A stretch of DNA of 64,000 bases from NCBI RefSeq assembly GCF_009914755.1, contig NC_060925.1. The stretch is one strand, 5' to 3'. Source of the stretch: the human T2T-CHM13v2.0 reference genome, Homo sapiens. A program made the position numbers and the translations under genes. Shown in pieces: positions 39,521-54,880 of the stretch. How positions within the stretch are numbered: position 1 is the first letter of the stretch; every line of letters begins with the position of its first letter. The notes below the pieces were generated by a model. It was not told the DNA's origin and ran no database searches. It saw only the letters and a list, made by a program, of their open reading frames with translations.

Positions 39521-42500
39521 CACTGGTGGCATTTTTAAGGGTCTTGACTGGTAATTTGGGTATCACTTTACATAGCTATTGTCTTTGCCAGGGAAAGTCT
39601 GACTGTCATTTTCCGACGGACATAAGTCTATGCCACAATGAAAGCCTTTTTAAAACAGCCAGATCAGGAAAATGTGGATCTAGTTGTATTTTGTAACTCT
39701 GATGAATTAAAGCAGGCACCTACTCTAAGTTTACAATTTGACTCAACCAAGGCCTGGCAAGTAGTAAACACTTGATAAATTGTTACTTACTATTTTTAAA
39801 ACTCTCAAGCGCCCCTAAAACTTACGAAAAGTGCATTTTGTGTGCCTCACAAGAAGGTAGTGAATAGGACAAATTTTGATTTTAGGGTTGTTTGTTCTTA
39901 ATTTCTTTTAGTTCCAGTTTCATTTCTCCCTGGCTTCTTACTATGACATTTTCAATAACTCATTCATGTTAAGTTTTACATTCCATTTTGATGTTACCTT
40001 CTGCTTTGAAACCACCTATAAAACTTGAAGGGCTTAAACTGCTTCTTTTAAAATACAAATTATTAATGTAGTAAACTCTGAAGAAGCCCTCCAGGAGTGT
40101 GCCTCTGCATACCCCATGCCAAACTATTGGGATAAATAATTTTCCCTGTGCTTTGAGGTAAGGAAAATCTTGGAGTTTCTAAAGTTTTGTCATTGTGGAA
40201 ACTCAGTCTCCAAATTTATACTTATGCAATCCATATGGTAATTTTGGTCCAGCTTTTCCTCAGAGTATTACAGTAAAATTCTTCTTGAAAAGTAAGTGTA
40301 TTTATTTTGTATTGAGCAATAATTAAGACATATTTTTCCTTCCTCTGTTACTAGCAACATTACTCTAAGAGTCTTGTTTTTCAAAATACCAACTAAACAA
40401 ATAGATTCCTACCATTTAAAACAAGATTTTAAACTCACAGATCTAGTCATTTGACTGAAGCCCATGCAGAATGACGGGAAAGCTGAGAGCATGGGCTCGG
40501 CGTGCACGTACGCCCTTACTCTCTGCCCCAGCTTCATGCTAGGCTGCTCTGTTGCTCTGTGAAAATGTTTTGAAATGGTACCTCCGTGTGTGTGTCTGTT
40601 GTATGTGTTTTCTCCCCAAGGAGACCGTAAGTCGCATTATGGCAGTGACGACTGCTTCTGTTTTCTGGAAGCCTCCATAGTGATTAGCACAGTAGTTTGC
40701 GCGCTCTGTGTACTCCACACTGCACGTAGTGGTGTCTGTAACCCCGGGGTTTGTGAATGGCACGTCCCATTTTAAAACTTAAAATGAACTGCCGATTCTG
40801 TGCATGTTGTATAGCTTGTTTTTGACCATCAGGCAAGAGAATTAATTCCATTTTGCTTTTAATTGGCACCAGGCAGACATTCTGGCTGATTTTAGTTGAA
40901 GCTCACATAAACTTTCGCTATCCTTCCTTCTGTATTCCCCAGTACTCTGAGAGCTTATTATAGTTATGGGGTTGTTTTTTGAAGGAGGTAAACGGAGCTA
41001 TTTAAATATCTTCGGTACAACTGTGATTTTTCTTTATCAAAGTGAAGGAAGTGTTCTCTCTCCCCACGCGCTTAGATGAATCAGCAGTAAAACGTTGCAG
41101 TGCGGTTTGCAGTGCTATCTAACACCTGGCCTGGGAGAGCTGGAAGGATTGGGTGCTGGCAGGGAGTGAGCCTCTGCCAGCCACAGAGTGGAGAGAAGTG
41201 TGTGCTAGGTTTTAGCTTCCACCTCTTGCACACTGAAAAGAACAGGATAGAGCATAGAACCAGGGTCTATGTGGTTTTGCTTCTTTCTTTTCTGTCATTG
41301 TCACTTTCTGGGTTGTGAGGCTTGTGGACTGATGTCTAACACTGCCCATTGTGTATTTGTGATTTGCGTTTTGTAATTAAGAGGAACAATGGGAGTCCAT
41401 GGGGTCTCGTTATATATAATGGTTGGTTTAATTTGTTTCACTTCTATCTTGTTAATTGTAAATTGATCATTAAGATTTGAATTCTAATCTGTCACCAGGG
41501 TTGTGAGTATTGAGGCTAGAGCAATGATCCCGGTTTTAATCACTGATGATGAGAAACAAATTTTATAATTTTGGTACATATTGCAGTTCATATATTTTAA
41601 CACTATACTTTATGGTGTTATAAATATTGTTAAATGACTTTTAGTGTAGTTTTACTGTGTGGACTATAATGTGTAAATTATATTACTGTTTTGGCAACAG
41701 TAGGTATCCAACTGTGTGAGTTTAATTGAGGTGAAGAACACACACCCGGTTGAACTGTTTTTTTCCTTTGCATGTTTAGATGATGTTAGGTTGGGATACT
41801 ATAAAAATTATATTTTCTACAAGAGGAGACTGATATTGGCCTCTGCTAATTGTTACCAAAAGTCAAACTAGAACCTAAAAGAATAAAAAATTAAGATATT
41901 GTATTTCCCTTTGAAAGCAATTATCATTTTAATCCGAATTATAGTAGTAAAATATATTTCATGCAAATGCAATTATGCAACATAACTGGTATATAAAAAT
42001 ACAGGGGAAAGTTCATGCTTCTGTAAAGCCAGAAATTGCCTGAATTTTCTATGAAAATGGATTAGAGTCAATTATCCTTTTATATGACACAGGATAATCA
42101 TGCCAGAAATGTATCTCCTAACTAACAGAAAACTTGTAAGTTTACTCTTTGAGCTTTGCAAACTACTAGTTCTAGGAACATATCGTGAGCTGCAGACAGA
42201 AAAAGGATGATGTGCAGGCATATATGTCAAATTTTTATTGAAAAATGGAAGTTGGTAGGCAAATTACAATTATAAACAAAGAAAAAAACAAAAATGTGAA
42301 GCAGAAAAAAAGATTGTTGCAATACACACTTGATAGTGATGTGTACTTTATAAATAACATTTATATTTTTGGGATTATGTAAGACATCCTCAATGCAGGG
42401 AATTTGGAAAATACAAAGAAGAATTAAGGAAAATTTCCTGTGCCACTACCAGCTAGAGATAACTATTCTTACCTCTGATATATTTCCCTTCAGTCATTTT

Positions 42501-44907
42501 TCATGTGTATGTCTGTGTACATTTATAGTGTGATTGAGATTATACCGTATATACAGTTTTGCGTCTGCTTTTTCATTTGATATCTAATGAACATTTTTCT
42601 ATATCAGTAAATACTCTGAAAACAAAACTTTATTAAATGATTTGCGTGTATAAGAATTATTAGGCTTTTAAGATGCTTCCAATTTTTAACCGTTTATGAA
42701 TAATAATACAACAAAAACTTTGTACCTAAATCTAAATTTTTGATTGTTTCCTTAATTGCTGGTCCAAGACGATTAATCCTTTTAAGGGTGTTGATGTGTT
42801 TTACCTTGCTGAAGTACTACACTAACTTCTAATAACTGTATATGTAGCCATATTAGTAAATAACATTACAAAGAAGTGAGATTTTTTTAAAAAAGCATGA
42901 GAGGCAATATTGCACAGGTGGGTGGAACCACCCCTTTAGAGGTGGACTAAGTAATATCTGGGCTTGACTACTTGGATGACCTTAGGCAAATTATTCAACT
43001 TCATGTTTACCTCACAGAGAAAAGAAAAGAAACCCTTACAAGTACCTTATAGGATTAATTGAGATCATGAATGTAAAGGATGGATTTCACTGTTTGTTAT
43101 ACGGTGGCATGCAGTAAATATTTGGTGGTAGTATCTGGTTTTGTTGTGCTATTTTTTGAATAATAGTGAAATTGAATATGTTATAAATGGTATTGATCAT
43201 TTGTGTTTCTTCTGTAGATATTTTCAATATTTCTTATACTTTTTAATTGGAATTTTGATGGAGAGTGCAGTTAGTGTTTCATTAAATTATGCTTTTAATG
43301 TTTGTCTTATTTTTGTAAATAATTTCCTGTTGTTTACATTGATTTTAATTAATAAGCTTTATTTTTTAGAGCAGTTTTAGGTTCACAGCAAAACTGGACA
43401 GAAAGTACAGAACTCCCATATATTCCCTGTTCCTTCCACACACAACCTCCCCCACCAGTGACATCTACATTTTGTTTTATTATGATTTTTTTCAAAATCA
43501 GAATGAATTTATTTAAAACAAATAAAATACATATCTATTTTAAAAATTTAGAAAGTATGGAAAAGGATGAATACAGAACAGAGAAAACATTCCTGATCCT
43601 ACCATCCAGAAATAACCAATATTAATAGTTGGTATGCATGTCAAAATATTTTTCTAAATTATAAAATGAAATCACATTACACATGCTGACTTTTAATGTT
43701 TTCTCTTTGTTACTAATATGTCACAGTTTTAGATCAATAAATATCACTTATAAATAGCCACATTATCAGAATAATAAGTAACATAACCAAGCTCCTGTTG
43801 ATAGATTTCTTGGTTAAGTTTCCAGATTATGGGTTGCAAAGAAAGGTTGTTTCTAGAAACAATGCTACAATGAATACTCTCACACAAACCTATGATATAT
43901 TTTAAATGTGATTTTTTTATGCATAAAAGTTTTGTATTTTTATATTGTAAAATCTATTTTTTTCTTTGTGATTTTTCTTTTTAAAAGTGCCTTTTGCTTG
44001 GAAAGTGCCTGGGAAAAGATCAATGTTCTGCATTTTTTTCTAATCTGGTTTAAGGATTTTTTTTCTTCTTTTGAAATTTATTTTAGTGCATGGTATGATA
44101 GGAGATACTAATCTTGGAAGGGATACCAGATCAAAAATTTATCATAACTGCCTCTAAATTCTTTTGTATTGTATGTGATTCTGAAAGGAGAAACGTAAGT
44201 CATTATTAACTCCTTTCGGACTATTTCAAATATGGGTAGATTCTTATTAGGAGAAGCAAATGTAGATTGAGCACTTGATCTGAACTTGAAAATGAGATAA
44301 TCCATGCTCTCATACAGAATATGGTAGGAAAGACAAGGCACAGAGCACAATTTAAAAGAATAAATTATAAGCTAATGTATGCATAAAGGCTAGAGGTAGC
44401 TTCAAAAAACGTGCTGACATATTGAGAACTGCAAGGTATCAATCAGGGCAAGCTTCCTTTTGGATGACATTTGAACCAAGATGAAAACAAAATGAAGAAT
44501 GAGGTGAACTAAAAGCAAGAGTTTTTGCTCCATACACGTGAGCAGCCTGGTCCTTGGGATGAACAATTTGTAAAGTAAGATTTCCCTTAGCAAATCCAAA
44601 TCCTTTTCTGACCAGGAAGAAAAGGCTATCTTGCCTACTGGAAGAATTCTTTCTTTGAAGGGAATTAATTTTATGTCAGGAGTCTTCAGAAAACAATCCA
44701 ATCATTAACCTGAAAACGACTCATAATATACAAGAGTTTTAAACTTTCCATTCTAACTGATTAGGCATTAGGGCATGAGGAGATGGTGGCAGTAGGCAGT
44801 AATTTAGAGTTTACTTAATACAAGGAAAGGAATATAATTTTTCTTGGATAAACATCTTTCTGATCTTCAAATTTTGAGACTTGGATTGTCATCTAAGACA
44901 CGAAAAA

Positions 44908-45135
44908 CAAGATATTCCCATTTTGCTCAGGGGAGGTCAATCTTTTTTCTATTAAGACCTTCAGTGGATTGGATAAAGCCTGCCTGCATGGACGTCAATC
45001 TGCTTTTCTCAAAGTTTACTAATTTAAATGTTAATATCATCTAAAAAGCACCCTCACAGAAATGTCCAGAATAATGTCTGGCCAAATGTCTGGGCACCAT
45101 GGCCCAAAGAAGTTGACACATAAAATTAACCATTA
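44908..45135 (-). mobile_element. MLT2 (MLT2C-like) ERVL LTR fragment
   Basis: Reverse-complement LTR start ...gggcaccatggccc...agttgacacataaaattaaccat. Confidence 0.75.
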
Positions 45136-45567
45136 AAGAACTATTTTTATTTTAACTGTGTGCCATTAAACTGGTTATGTTAATTAAAAGAAACTCTGTT
45201 ATAGAAATTAGGCCTAGGGTTTCTTCTTTGACAGCATAGTGTTTGGCCTATAACAAGCACTCAGTAAGTATTTGTTAAATGAATGACAGTCTTTTAAAAA
45301 AGAGATTTGATCATTATCATGTTTGTCTTATTCCTTAGGGAAGCCATTTCTGTTAGAGTAAGTTGTTATTCCTTTTTCTGTCTAACACATGAGTCTCTAC
45401 AATGTATCTTGCCATTTCTGAAATATTTTCTTTTGCAAAGGATGTAGTTTTCATTATGCTATCATGTTTAAGTGTGGAGTTTAAGATAATGTTAAGGTTA
45501 TATAATAACAATATGCCCTAGTAATAAGAACTTCTAACATCTATTATTTTTGTGTTTTCACCTCTAG

Positions 45568-45699
45568 ATCTGAAATAGCTCAACTCAGTCAAGAAAAAAG
45601 GTATACATATGATAAATTGGGAAAGTTACAGAGAAGAAATGAAGAATTGGAGGAACAGTGTGTCCAGCATGGGAGAGTACATGAGACGATGAAGCAAAG
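45568..45699 (+). CDS. SDCCAG8: SDCCAG8 internal coding exon (likely exon 16), 132 nt, phase 2 to 2: (R)SEIAQLSQEKRYTYDKLGKLQRRNEELEEQCVQHGRVHETMKQ(R)
   Basis: Acceptor tttttgtgttttcacctctAG (45566-67); donor AAG|GTAATC at 45700; in frame with the previous exon (AG+A = Arg). Confidence 0.95.
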
Positions 45700-47000
45700 G
45701 TAATCAAGGTTTCATGTCAACTCATGTGCCGCATATTGAATGTGTTTGGTTTACACACTGAAGGGGAATTGCTGCGGAATAAGTAGAATTCATCATCATT
45801 ATGCTACTTGTGACATGCTCAAAATCTAATACTTTATTTTATGTATTTATGCTTCCTTAATTTAGGTTGTTCTTATTATATACAAAGAGGAGAGTACATC
45901 CTCTTTTTGTTATTCTCTGAAGACATAGAATTAGATTTAACATGGAAGAATGGAGGAAAGCCATTTTCCTTTAAGGTGTAAGTTGGTAATATTGTAATAT
46001 GGAGGAATTTCAAATTATCTCTCCTAGAAATTAGATTTTATATGCTTTTTGTAAGGTAAAGCACATAGTAGGTCTAAAGAGGTTAAACATCTTATCAGAG
46101 GTTGCACTAATAGCATTGCTAGAGTCAGAACTTGACTACAAACAAAACCTTCACTTCTTTCTGGTGGTGTTACTTTGAGCAAGTCACTTAAGTTCTCTGA
46201 GTGACTGTTTCTTCACCTATATATTGGCGCTAATCATATCTACTTTGCATTTTGATGGAAAGATCAAATATAATATGGCAAAGCACATGGCTCATAAAGG
46301 CCACCCACTAAATGTCATCAATAATTATTATTCTCTTTTTCTAGATGAAGAAATTCGGCTCAGAGAGGCTAATAGGTTTGCTCAAAGTGACAGATGGAAT
46401 AAGTGGTAGAGTTCAGACTTGAATCTTGATCTTTTGACTCCAAAATCCTTTTCTTTTTGTGCAGTAATGGGGATTTTTTTTTTGGCAATAAACACAGCCT
46501 CTTACTATTTTTTATCCATGTGCCATTTCTCACTTCTGTGTGATAATGGATTCCCTGGGCAGAAAATAATCTCAGTATTTCACAGCAGACAGTGAATAGG
46601 TTTCTGTAGACTTGGACTTCCACATGACAACCGCATGCACGATGATAGCAGCCACCCTTCCAGTGGACACGGTTCGCGTGGCCTCCAGCTCGGCATCCCC
46701 ACACCATTTCCCAGCCATCCATGCCTTCTCTGTTTCAAAAACAGTTCTTGATATAATTGAAGGAAATGAAAATATTTATAGACTCCTTGTATTTTTTTAA
46801 ATGTAAAGTAAGCATATTAGCCTGGGGTGGGGGGGAGGTATTTTTACGTTGATTACTTGCTTTATTGAATGAAGACAGGCAGTCAGATGATGGCACTGCT
46901 TGTCAGTTATCAAAATACCAAAATATGGATATACTTGCAAAGTAATAATTATTCATTCACTATTAAAATGTTTACTTAAGCCCAGGCACTTCTGTAGGCC

Positions 47001-47200
47001 AGGGGTCTGCAAACGTTTTCCGTAAAGGGCCAGAGAGTAAATATTTCGGACTTTGCAGGCCACACGTGGTCTCCGTGGCATAGTCTTCCTTGTTTTGTGT
47101 TTTTTACAACCCTTGGAAAAAGTAAAGACCATTCTTAGCTAGAGGACCAACAAAATGAGCCAGAGGATTTGGCCATTGGGCCAGCCTTTGCCCCAGTCCT
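47001..47200. mobile_element. MER58 (A/C-like) DNA transposon relic
   Basis: caggggtctgcaaacgttttccgtaaagggccagagagtaaatattt...gatttggcc...tttgcc. Confidence 0.75.
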
Positions 47201-47574
47201 GTGCACCTGGGGCATCTTTCCATTTATTTTCTTACATTTGTGTATTGCTTTAGAGTTCCTAGAATGCTCTCACACATAGTACCTTATGTACCTTGAAGCA
47301 ACCTTGAAAGTAGCTGCATTTATCATCTCCATTTCCAGATGGAGAACTAAGCCTAAGAAAGACAAACGTGCCGAATGAAGGTCAGGTGGCAAATTAATGG
47401 TTCGTTCATTCAACATTGATTGATTGATTGATTGATTGCTGCTGTGTGTCACATTTTCTACCACATGCTGGAATAAAATAGCAAAGTAGATATAGTTCCC
47501 ACTCTAATGGAGTATACATCCTTATAGGGAAGATGGATATTAGCAAAAGAATTTCATAACTGTCTAATTAATTA

Positions 47575-48621
47575 TAGTTGACCCTTAAACAACACAGATT
47601 TGAACTGTTTGGGCCCATTTATACACAGATTCTTCTCAATAAATTTATTGGAAAATTTTTTGGAGATTTGCAACAATTTGAAAAAACCTGCAGACAAACC
47701 ATGTAGCCTAGAAATAATGAAAAGAAGTTTTAAATTTAAGTATGTCATGAATACATAAAACATCTGTAGATACTGGTCTTTATCATTGACTACCATAAAA
47801 TATATGCAAATCTATTATAAAAAGTTAAAATTTATCCAAACTTACACACACAAACACAGATCATACATGGTACCATCTGCAATTGAGAGAAATGTCAAAT
47901 GTGAAGGTGCAGTATTAGATCGTAACTGCATGAAGTTAACTGTAGCACACACTGTACTACCGTGATAATTTTGTAACCACCTCCTGTTGCTATTGCGAGG
48001 AGCTCAAGTATTGTAAGTATCCACTGAAAACGCTGTGTGGACTAAATCGTCTGCATGTGAACAGTTTCTCTCTCCAGTAAATTGCTTATTGCAATAACAA
48101 GTGATCTATTGCAGCTCTTGTGTATTTTTCATCATGTTTAGTGCAATACATAAACCTTGAATAACACCGTGGGACCCATACGAAGTGCCACTAGTGATGT
48201 TGGAAGTACTTCCAAGAAGCAGAGAAAAGTCATGACGTTACAAGCAAAAGTTGCATTGCAGGATATGTAGCTTAGATTGAAGTTTGCAGCTGCAGCCGCC
48301 TGTCATTTCAGATGATTCATCTTATAAACAGACATTATAAACTTATGGCATCAATATATAACAGTACAGTACTGTAAAAGTATTTTCTCTTATGATTTTC
48401 TTAATATTTTTTCTAGCTTACTTTATTGTAAGAATATAGTGTATAACACATATAACATATAAATATGTGTTAATCAACCATTTATGTTATCAATATAAGG
48501 CTTCTGGTCAACAGTAGGCTGTTGGTAGTTGAATTTGAGAGGAGTCAAAAGTTATGCATGGATTTTTTGACTGTACAGGGGGTTGATGCTCCTAACCCCC
48601 ATGTTGCTCAAGGGCCAACTG
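47575..48621. mobile_element. Tigger2-family (Tigger2b-like) non-autonomous TcMar element, ~1.05 kb
   Basis: TIRs tagttgacccttaaacaaca / tgttgctcaagggccaactg; TA on both sides. Confidence 0.85.
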
Positions 48622-48682
48622 TACAGTAATGACCAGTTCTATGAAGGAGAAATATATTTTGTGGTACAAGTACATTTAATAA

Positions 48683-49276
<594 letters not shown>

Positions 49277-49521
49277 AGGGCACTTAACATTGATTAAGAA
49301 AAGCTTCAATGAGAACATGACATTTGAATCGGTAAGCAGTGGGATTAGATCAGGAATTGGCAAACTATCTGGCCCTCTCCTAAAAAATTTTACTGACTCC
49401 TGTTCTAGAGAAAGAAAATCTATAAAATGGAAGTTCCTGAGATAAGAAAGCATAGTACTGGAGGAAGAGCAAGAACTGTGTGTCCAACATAAAGGAAAAC
49501 AGAAAGTGTGGCATACAATGA

Positions 49522-49879
<358 letters not shown>

Positions 49880-50058
49880 GGTCTTTATGTTTTTATCATG
49901 GACCTTTAAATTTATCTTGTTACTAATGGGAAGAAATCAAAAGATTTTTTAAAAAATAGAGGAGATGTGATCAGATTTGCATTTAAAAATTGTATTCTAA
50001 CTCCACAATAGATAACAGATTGGAACAGAGCCATCGTGTTTGCTCAAGACCAGTTATG

Positions 50059-50358
<300 letters not shown>

Positions 50359-51362
50359 AACGATTAGGGAGTTTTTGGACTTAGTCAAGCAATGATGATG
50401 CTTGGACTGGAATGCTAATATTGGTGACAGAAATAAACACTGGCGAAATGTGTAGGAAGTAGAACCAGCAGGAGTTACTTGATTGGCAGTGCTGGGTGGA
50501 GAAGAGGAGCGTGTCAAGGACGACACCCATATTTCTGACCTGAGCAATGGGTGCCTAGTGCTGCTACTTACTGAGAACTAGGGAACACTCTAAAGAAGCT
50601 GGTTTGGGGTTGAGATGGCCTGGGTTTGGGATGAGATCAAGCGTTACGTTTTGGCCATGAATTTAATGTTCAAATGATGGTAAAGATCATTCAAGTTGTA
50701 AAAACGAAGAAAGTTAAATTTTCAACTGGTGGTTTGGAACCCCTGGTGTCCACAAAGGCAGTCCAGGGAATTCATGTTAAAGATGGCAGTGCCATTTTTT
50801 TTTTCTGTTTTTATTTTAAAGTAAGTATCAATTCACCTATTTCTCCCTAGAAAATAGAGCTGTGTGAAAATCCCCCAGTGTATACAGAGTGGACAAGCCC
50901 CAGAGCCAGTGGAGCACTGCTGAGCACCTGTGTCCTCTCATCTGGGCGTTCACTGTCACCGACTCCCAGTAATCCCGGGGGTTTCGTCAATTACACAGTT
51001 TTACAGGAGTTTTTTCCCCCTTTTGTATGGTAATATATTGTTTAAAGTATATCCATAAAAACCATTGTCTAAAGACATGCAGCTTCTGATCGAAGTGTAA
51101 CAATCTAGTAATGAGTTTAAAATAGGTAATTCTTCTATAAACTAGATTCAGGATGATCTTTACCAAATCCGTAAGTTCTATGTTTGTCATAGAAATTTGA
51201 TTCTTCAAAAGCCAATGTTAAAAATACAAATTATAATATTGATTTCTATCTAATTTGACATTTTAATTTGGGGAATTAACACTATTTACTATTTTCAGAA
51301 AAGTGCTTGAAAATAGAAGCCTGAAATCTTAATCTTTATCTCATAATTTAAAAACAAAAAGA

Positions 51363-51683
51363 GTCCTTTGCAGGAACATGAATGGAGCTGGAGGCTATTA
51401 TTCTTCAAACTAGTGCAGGAACAAAAAACCAGATACCGTATGTTCTCATTGTAAGTGGGAGCTAAATGATGAGAACACATGGATACTTAGAGGGGAACAG
51501 AAGACACAGGGGCCTGCCTGAGGGGAGGAGGTGGAAGAAGGGAGAGGATCAGGACAAATAACTAATGGGTACTCGGCTTAATACTAGGGTGACAGTTATA
51601 ATCTCTTCACAATCTCCCATGATACAAGTTTACCTATATAACATACCTGCACGTATACCCCTGAACTTAAAAGTTTTAAAAAA
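51363..51683 (+). mobile_element. L1 3' end (old L1PA, L1PA15/16-like), 5' truncated
   Basis: atgttctca...gtgggagctaaatgatgagaacacatgg...caagtttacctatataac...cctgaacttaaaag plus A tail. Confidence 0.85.
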
Positions 51684-52400
51684 ATGGGAAAATTAAAAAA
51701 AGAGAGAAAGCTGTAACAGTAGCAGTTGAATTTTATATTCAAAAAGCAAACATTTCAAAACAAATCATGAAATTGTTTTTATTTGTTATTGATTTTATAA
51801 CATGGGTTTAATTTCAAATCTATGTTTTAGAGTATCTTTTGGTGTGAAGACGTTATTAGCCAATGGTGCCTTTTTCTTTCATAATTAATTCACTATGGAT
51901 TTAATTTATGTAAATGAAATAGTGGCATTATTTATTGCACAGGAAAATTAAAATTTTATGTTACAAAGTTCAAACTTATGCTTATTTTAAATGAAATGCT
52001 TTTACTTAAAAAGTTCCTCTTTATTATATATAATAATGAGATGATTTAATAAATTCCATGTGTTTCTATGGAGGGGGTTTGAGAGTCAAAAGAAATTTGG
52101 AGACGCTGAGGTAGACAAAGTGCGGCGTATAAGGTTCCTGAGAAGAGAGGTGGGTTGGGATACCAAGCACTGAGCAGAAAATGATAGTGAACTGGGCGAA
52201 GGGTCACCTCCTCCGTTGCCATCACAGCAGCTGTAGCAGAAGAGATTATATGAGCTGATAAATGCAGGCTTATGGATACGGTGCTGGAAAGGTAACCTGA
52301 TGCCAGACTTAGTTTATTCTGTGTTTATTGGGCATCTGTTTTGTACCAGTCACTGTGCTAGGCCTGGAGACACAAAGATGTAAAAGATATACTCTGCCTT

Positions 52401-52517
52401 GGAGAACTGCGTGAACTCGGAGGGCGGAGGTTGCAGTGAGCCGAGATCGCGCCACTGCACTCCAGCCTGGGCAACAGAGTGCAACTCCGTCTCAAAAGAA
52501 AAAAAAAAAAAAAAAAA
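52401..52517 (+). mobile_element. 5'-truncated Alu (3' end of right arm only)
   Basis: TSD aaaagatatactctgcc (52382-98) / aaaggatatactctgcc (ending 52531); long A tail. Confidence 0.9.
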
Positions 52518-54880
52518 GGATATACTCTGCCGCACTCTCGTGGCTGCAGACTTCCTTTCTGTTTGGGCTGGCCTAAGTATTGCAATCCTGCAGTGCAGAG
52601 TAGCCATGGCAGCACCTGCCATCTCCTGGGAGGTCACTCCTGGCTGCTGCCATGCCTCCAGAAACCCAGATGCAAGAAGAAAGTCTCTCCTGAGGAACCA
52701 GCCTCCCTTGGCAGGCTAGACAGGAGTTGGCTGCCCTTAAAGTGTTTATTTGTTTAAGTCTCCTGTTCTCTCTGTTTTATATAGACCTAAAGGTCTGTTA
52801 TTGAGATTTGGAGTGTATGGTCAAAAACTTCCACTGCCCCTGGGGCAGTCTTGAGTTGTTCATCCTTTGCTTAGAAAAGTGATCAAGGTGTAGACCCAAG
52901 CTCCCTGGGTAGTGATGACCAGAAGACTCACCCCGAGTATAGGTGTTTTTGTCAATTCTTATGGACAGTTTCAAAATCTATTAAGTAAAAAATTTAAAAG
53001 TACTAAAATTTGGTTTTTATAAGCCAAAACAACTTACTGCGAATGCTAATGCAATATTCTACTGGCCGCCTCCACACCCGGCAGAGCTTGTGTGATGTAA
53101 CATAAGCGCTGCTAGTTTGACTTTTGATGATTTGGGGAAAGGATTCTAATTATTACTAGGTTATCAGCGTTGTTCTGAGGTCATCTTCATTTTCAAATGC
53201 TGCTCTTCTTGCTTTTAATTATAAATTGCTGTTAATTTAGCTTCATCACAATAATTTAGTTTGTTTTGGATTGTTTTGTTAACCCCCTACGGTGCAGTAT
53301 TGCATACTTGCATCAGTGGTATAATGGTTTCCCAGTAACTACATTTTAAGTCCCGTATGACTTGTAATACAGAAATGAATCACCCATTATCTCTTTTGCT
53401 AAAGCAGATATATGATCCCTGCCTCCTGCCACCACCTCAGCAATTTGCTGTAGAGAGGCAGTCCTTTGATTTGCTCCTTGCAAATGTTTGTTTTTAAGTA
53501 ACTGATAACATGCTATTAAGAGCAAATTAACAAAATTAGATTTATATGCCATTATTTTATAATATAAAATTATACTCTTATGAAGAAATGGTAAGAGATG
53601 TATATGTTGCTAGAAAAGAATCTTATTACATCTTGTTTTGAAATGTTCCGTTATCCCTAGAGTTTGTTTCACTGGACCACTGACATGTTTGGATTAGGGA
53701 GGCTGTCTCATCTAAGGGGTCTAACAACAGACAATCGAATACTAGAAATCACATAGAAAAGTTTATCCTTTTCAAATTATTCAAAAATTGTAAGCCAATT
53801 GGGGTTCAAACAGTCCCTTTGTAATGAGCCAGTTGTATGCATTGAGAACTCCCTGTGAGGACTGGAAGTCACGTTTGTTTATACTGTGGTGGGAAGGCCA
53901 GATCAGACTGCTGCCCTCCCAATAAGTTGGGAGCTTTGCCACTCTGTGGGAGTTAGAATTTTGATCTGGGAATGGATAATGAGTTATTTAAAGCAGGCTG
54001 TGCATTTACCTTAGCTGGGACAAGGCAGCTGCTATAACTGATTACCAGGGAGAACATTAAGTGGGAAAAGGAGACAACAAAACAAAGTTGGGACAATGCC
54101 AAAGAAATGATGTTACACTTTTGCCTGGGATAGGCCCACTACCCAGGAAAAAGAAAAAGACACCCTTTGATTTATTCATCAAATATTTACCGAGTGCTTA
54201 TACACTGCTGATGTGCTTGGGATACATCAAAGGACACGTAGACAGCCTTGTCCTTATGGAACTTACATGCTTTAAGCTACCTTCAAGATCTAGTCCTTTG
54301 TTTTTAAGACCTAAAGCCAAAAGTAGAGAGATAGTATGCATCGTACGTAACAGCATCCTTCCTAAAACCAAGTTCTCTGGGCTTTCCTCAGTTTACTTCT
54401 TTGTAGCTGCTTTGTAGCTCCATGGGCTAATTCCTTAATCTTAAACTTCATCTTCCTCACTTTCTTGATCTCCAAAATGCTACCTTGTAGGTTGTGAAAA
54501 CTGCCTAAAGTAATCCACAAAAAGGTCTTTAGAATAGTTCCTGGCACAACGTTAGTGCTTAACAAATGTTTCACATTGCTATTCATTCATATCCTTCATT
54601 CAACATATTTATTAGGCCCTTAATACATGCTGAGCTCTGTTCTGGATTCTGGGATTGCAGCAGGAACTTCAGAGACTTAGATTCTAAATGGTTGTTTATT
54701 TATATTATAGGTTAAATTGACTCTTGTGAGTTAGTCTGTGAACCAAAATACCATGTTTACATAATGTTATTTCTAAGGCAAAATGCCTTTTGAATTTTCA
54801 ACAACTGATTTATGGAACGACATTTTGGACCACGACTTGGGATATGCCTATGATGTTCTAAGTGTTTGTGAACATGTGAA

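Noticed and set aside
47575-48621. Possible transposase gene in Tigger2
   Set aside because: Internally deleted ~1-kb non-autonomous copy with no long ORF.
50793-50826. Strong T tract followed by aaaGTAAGT, a possible third recursive site
   Set aside because: The acceptor AG and donor GT share the same G, so splicing to the AG would destroy the donor. Weaker AG|GT hits at ~25362, ~40157 and ~46055 were dropped for poor acceptor or donor matches.
50700-52110. Possible ancient hAT/Charlie element split by the L1 at 51363
   Set aside because: The termini are suggestive but too degenerate to name without a Dfam search.
54535-54660. Tail-to-tail MIR/L2 ends resembling L2-derived miRNA hairpins
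   Set aside because: Arms are only roughly 60% complementary by eye; a stable hairpin is unlikely.
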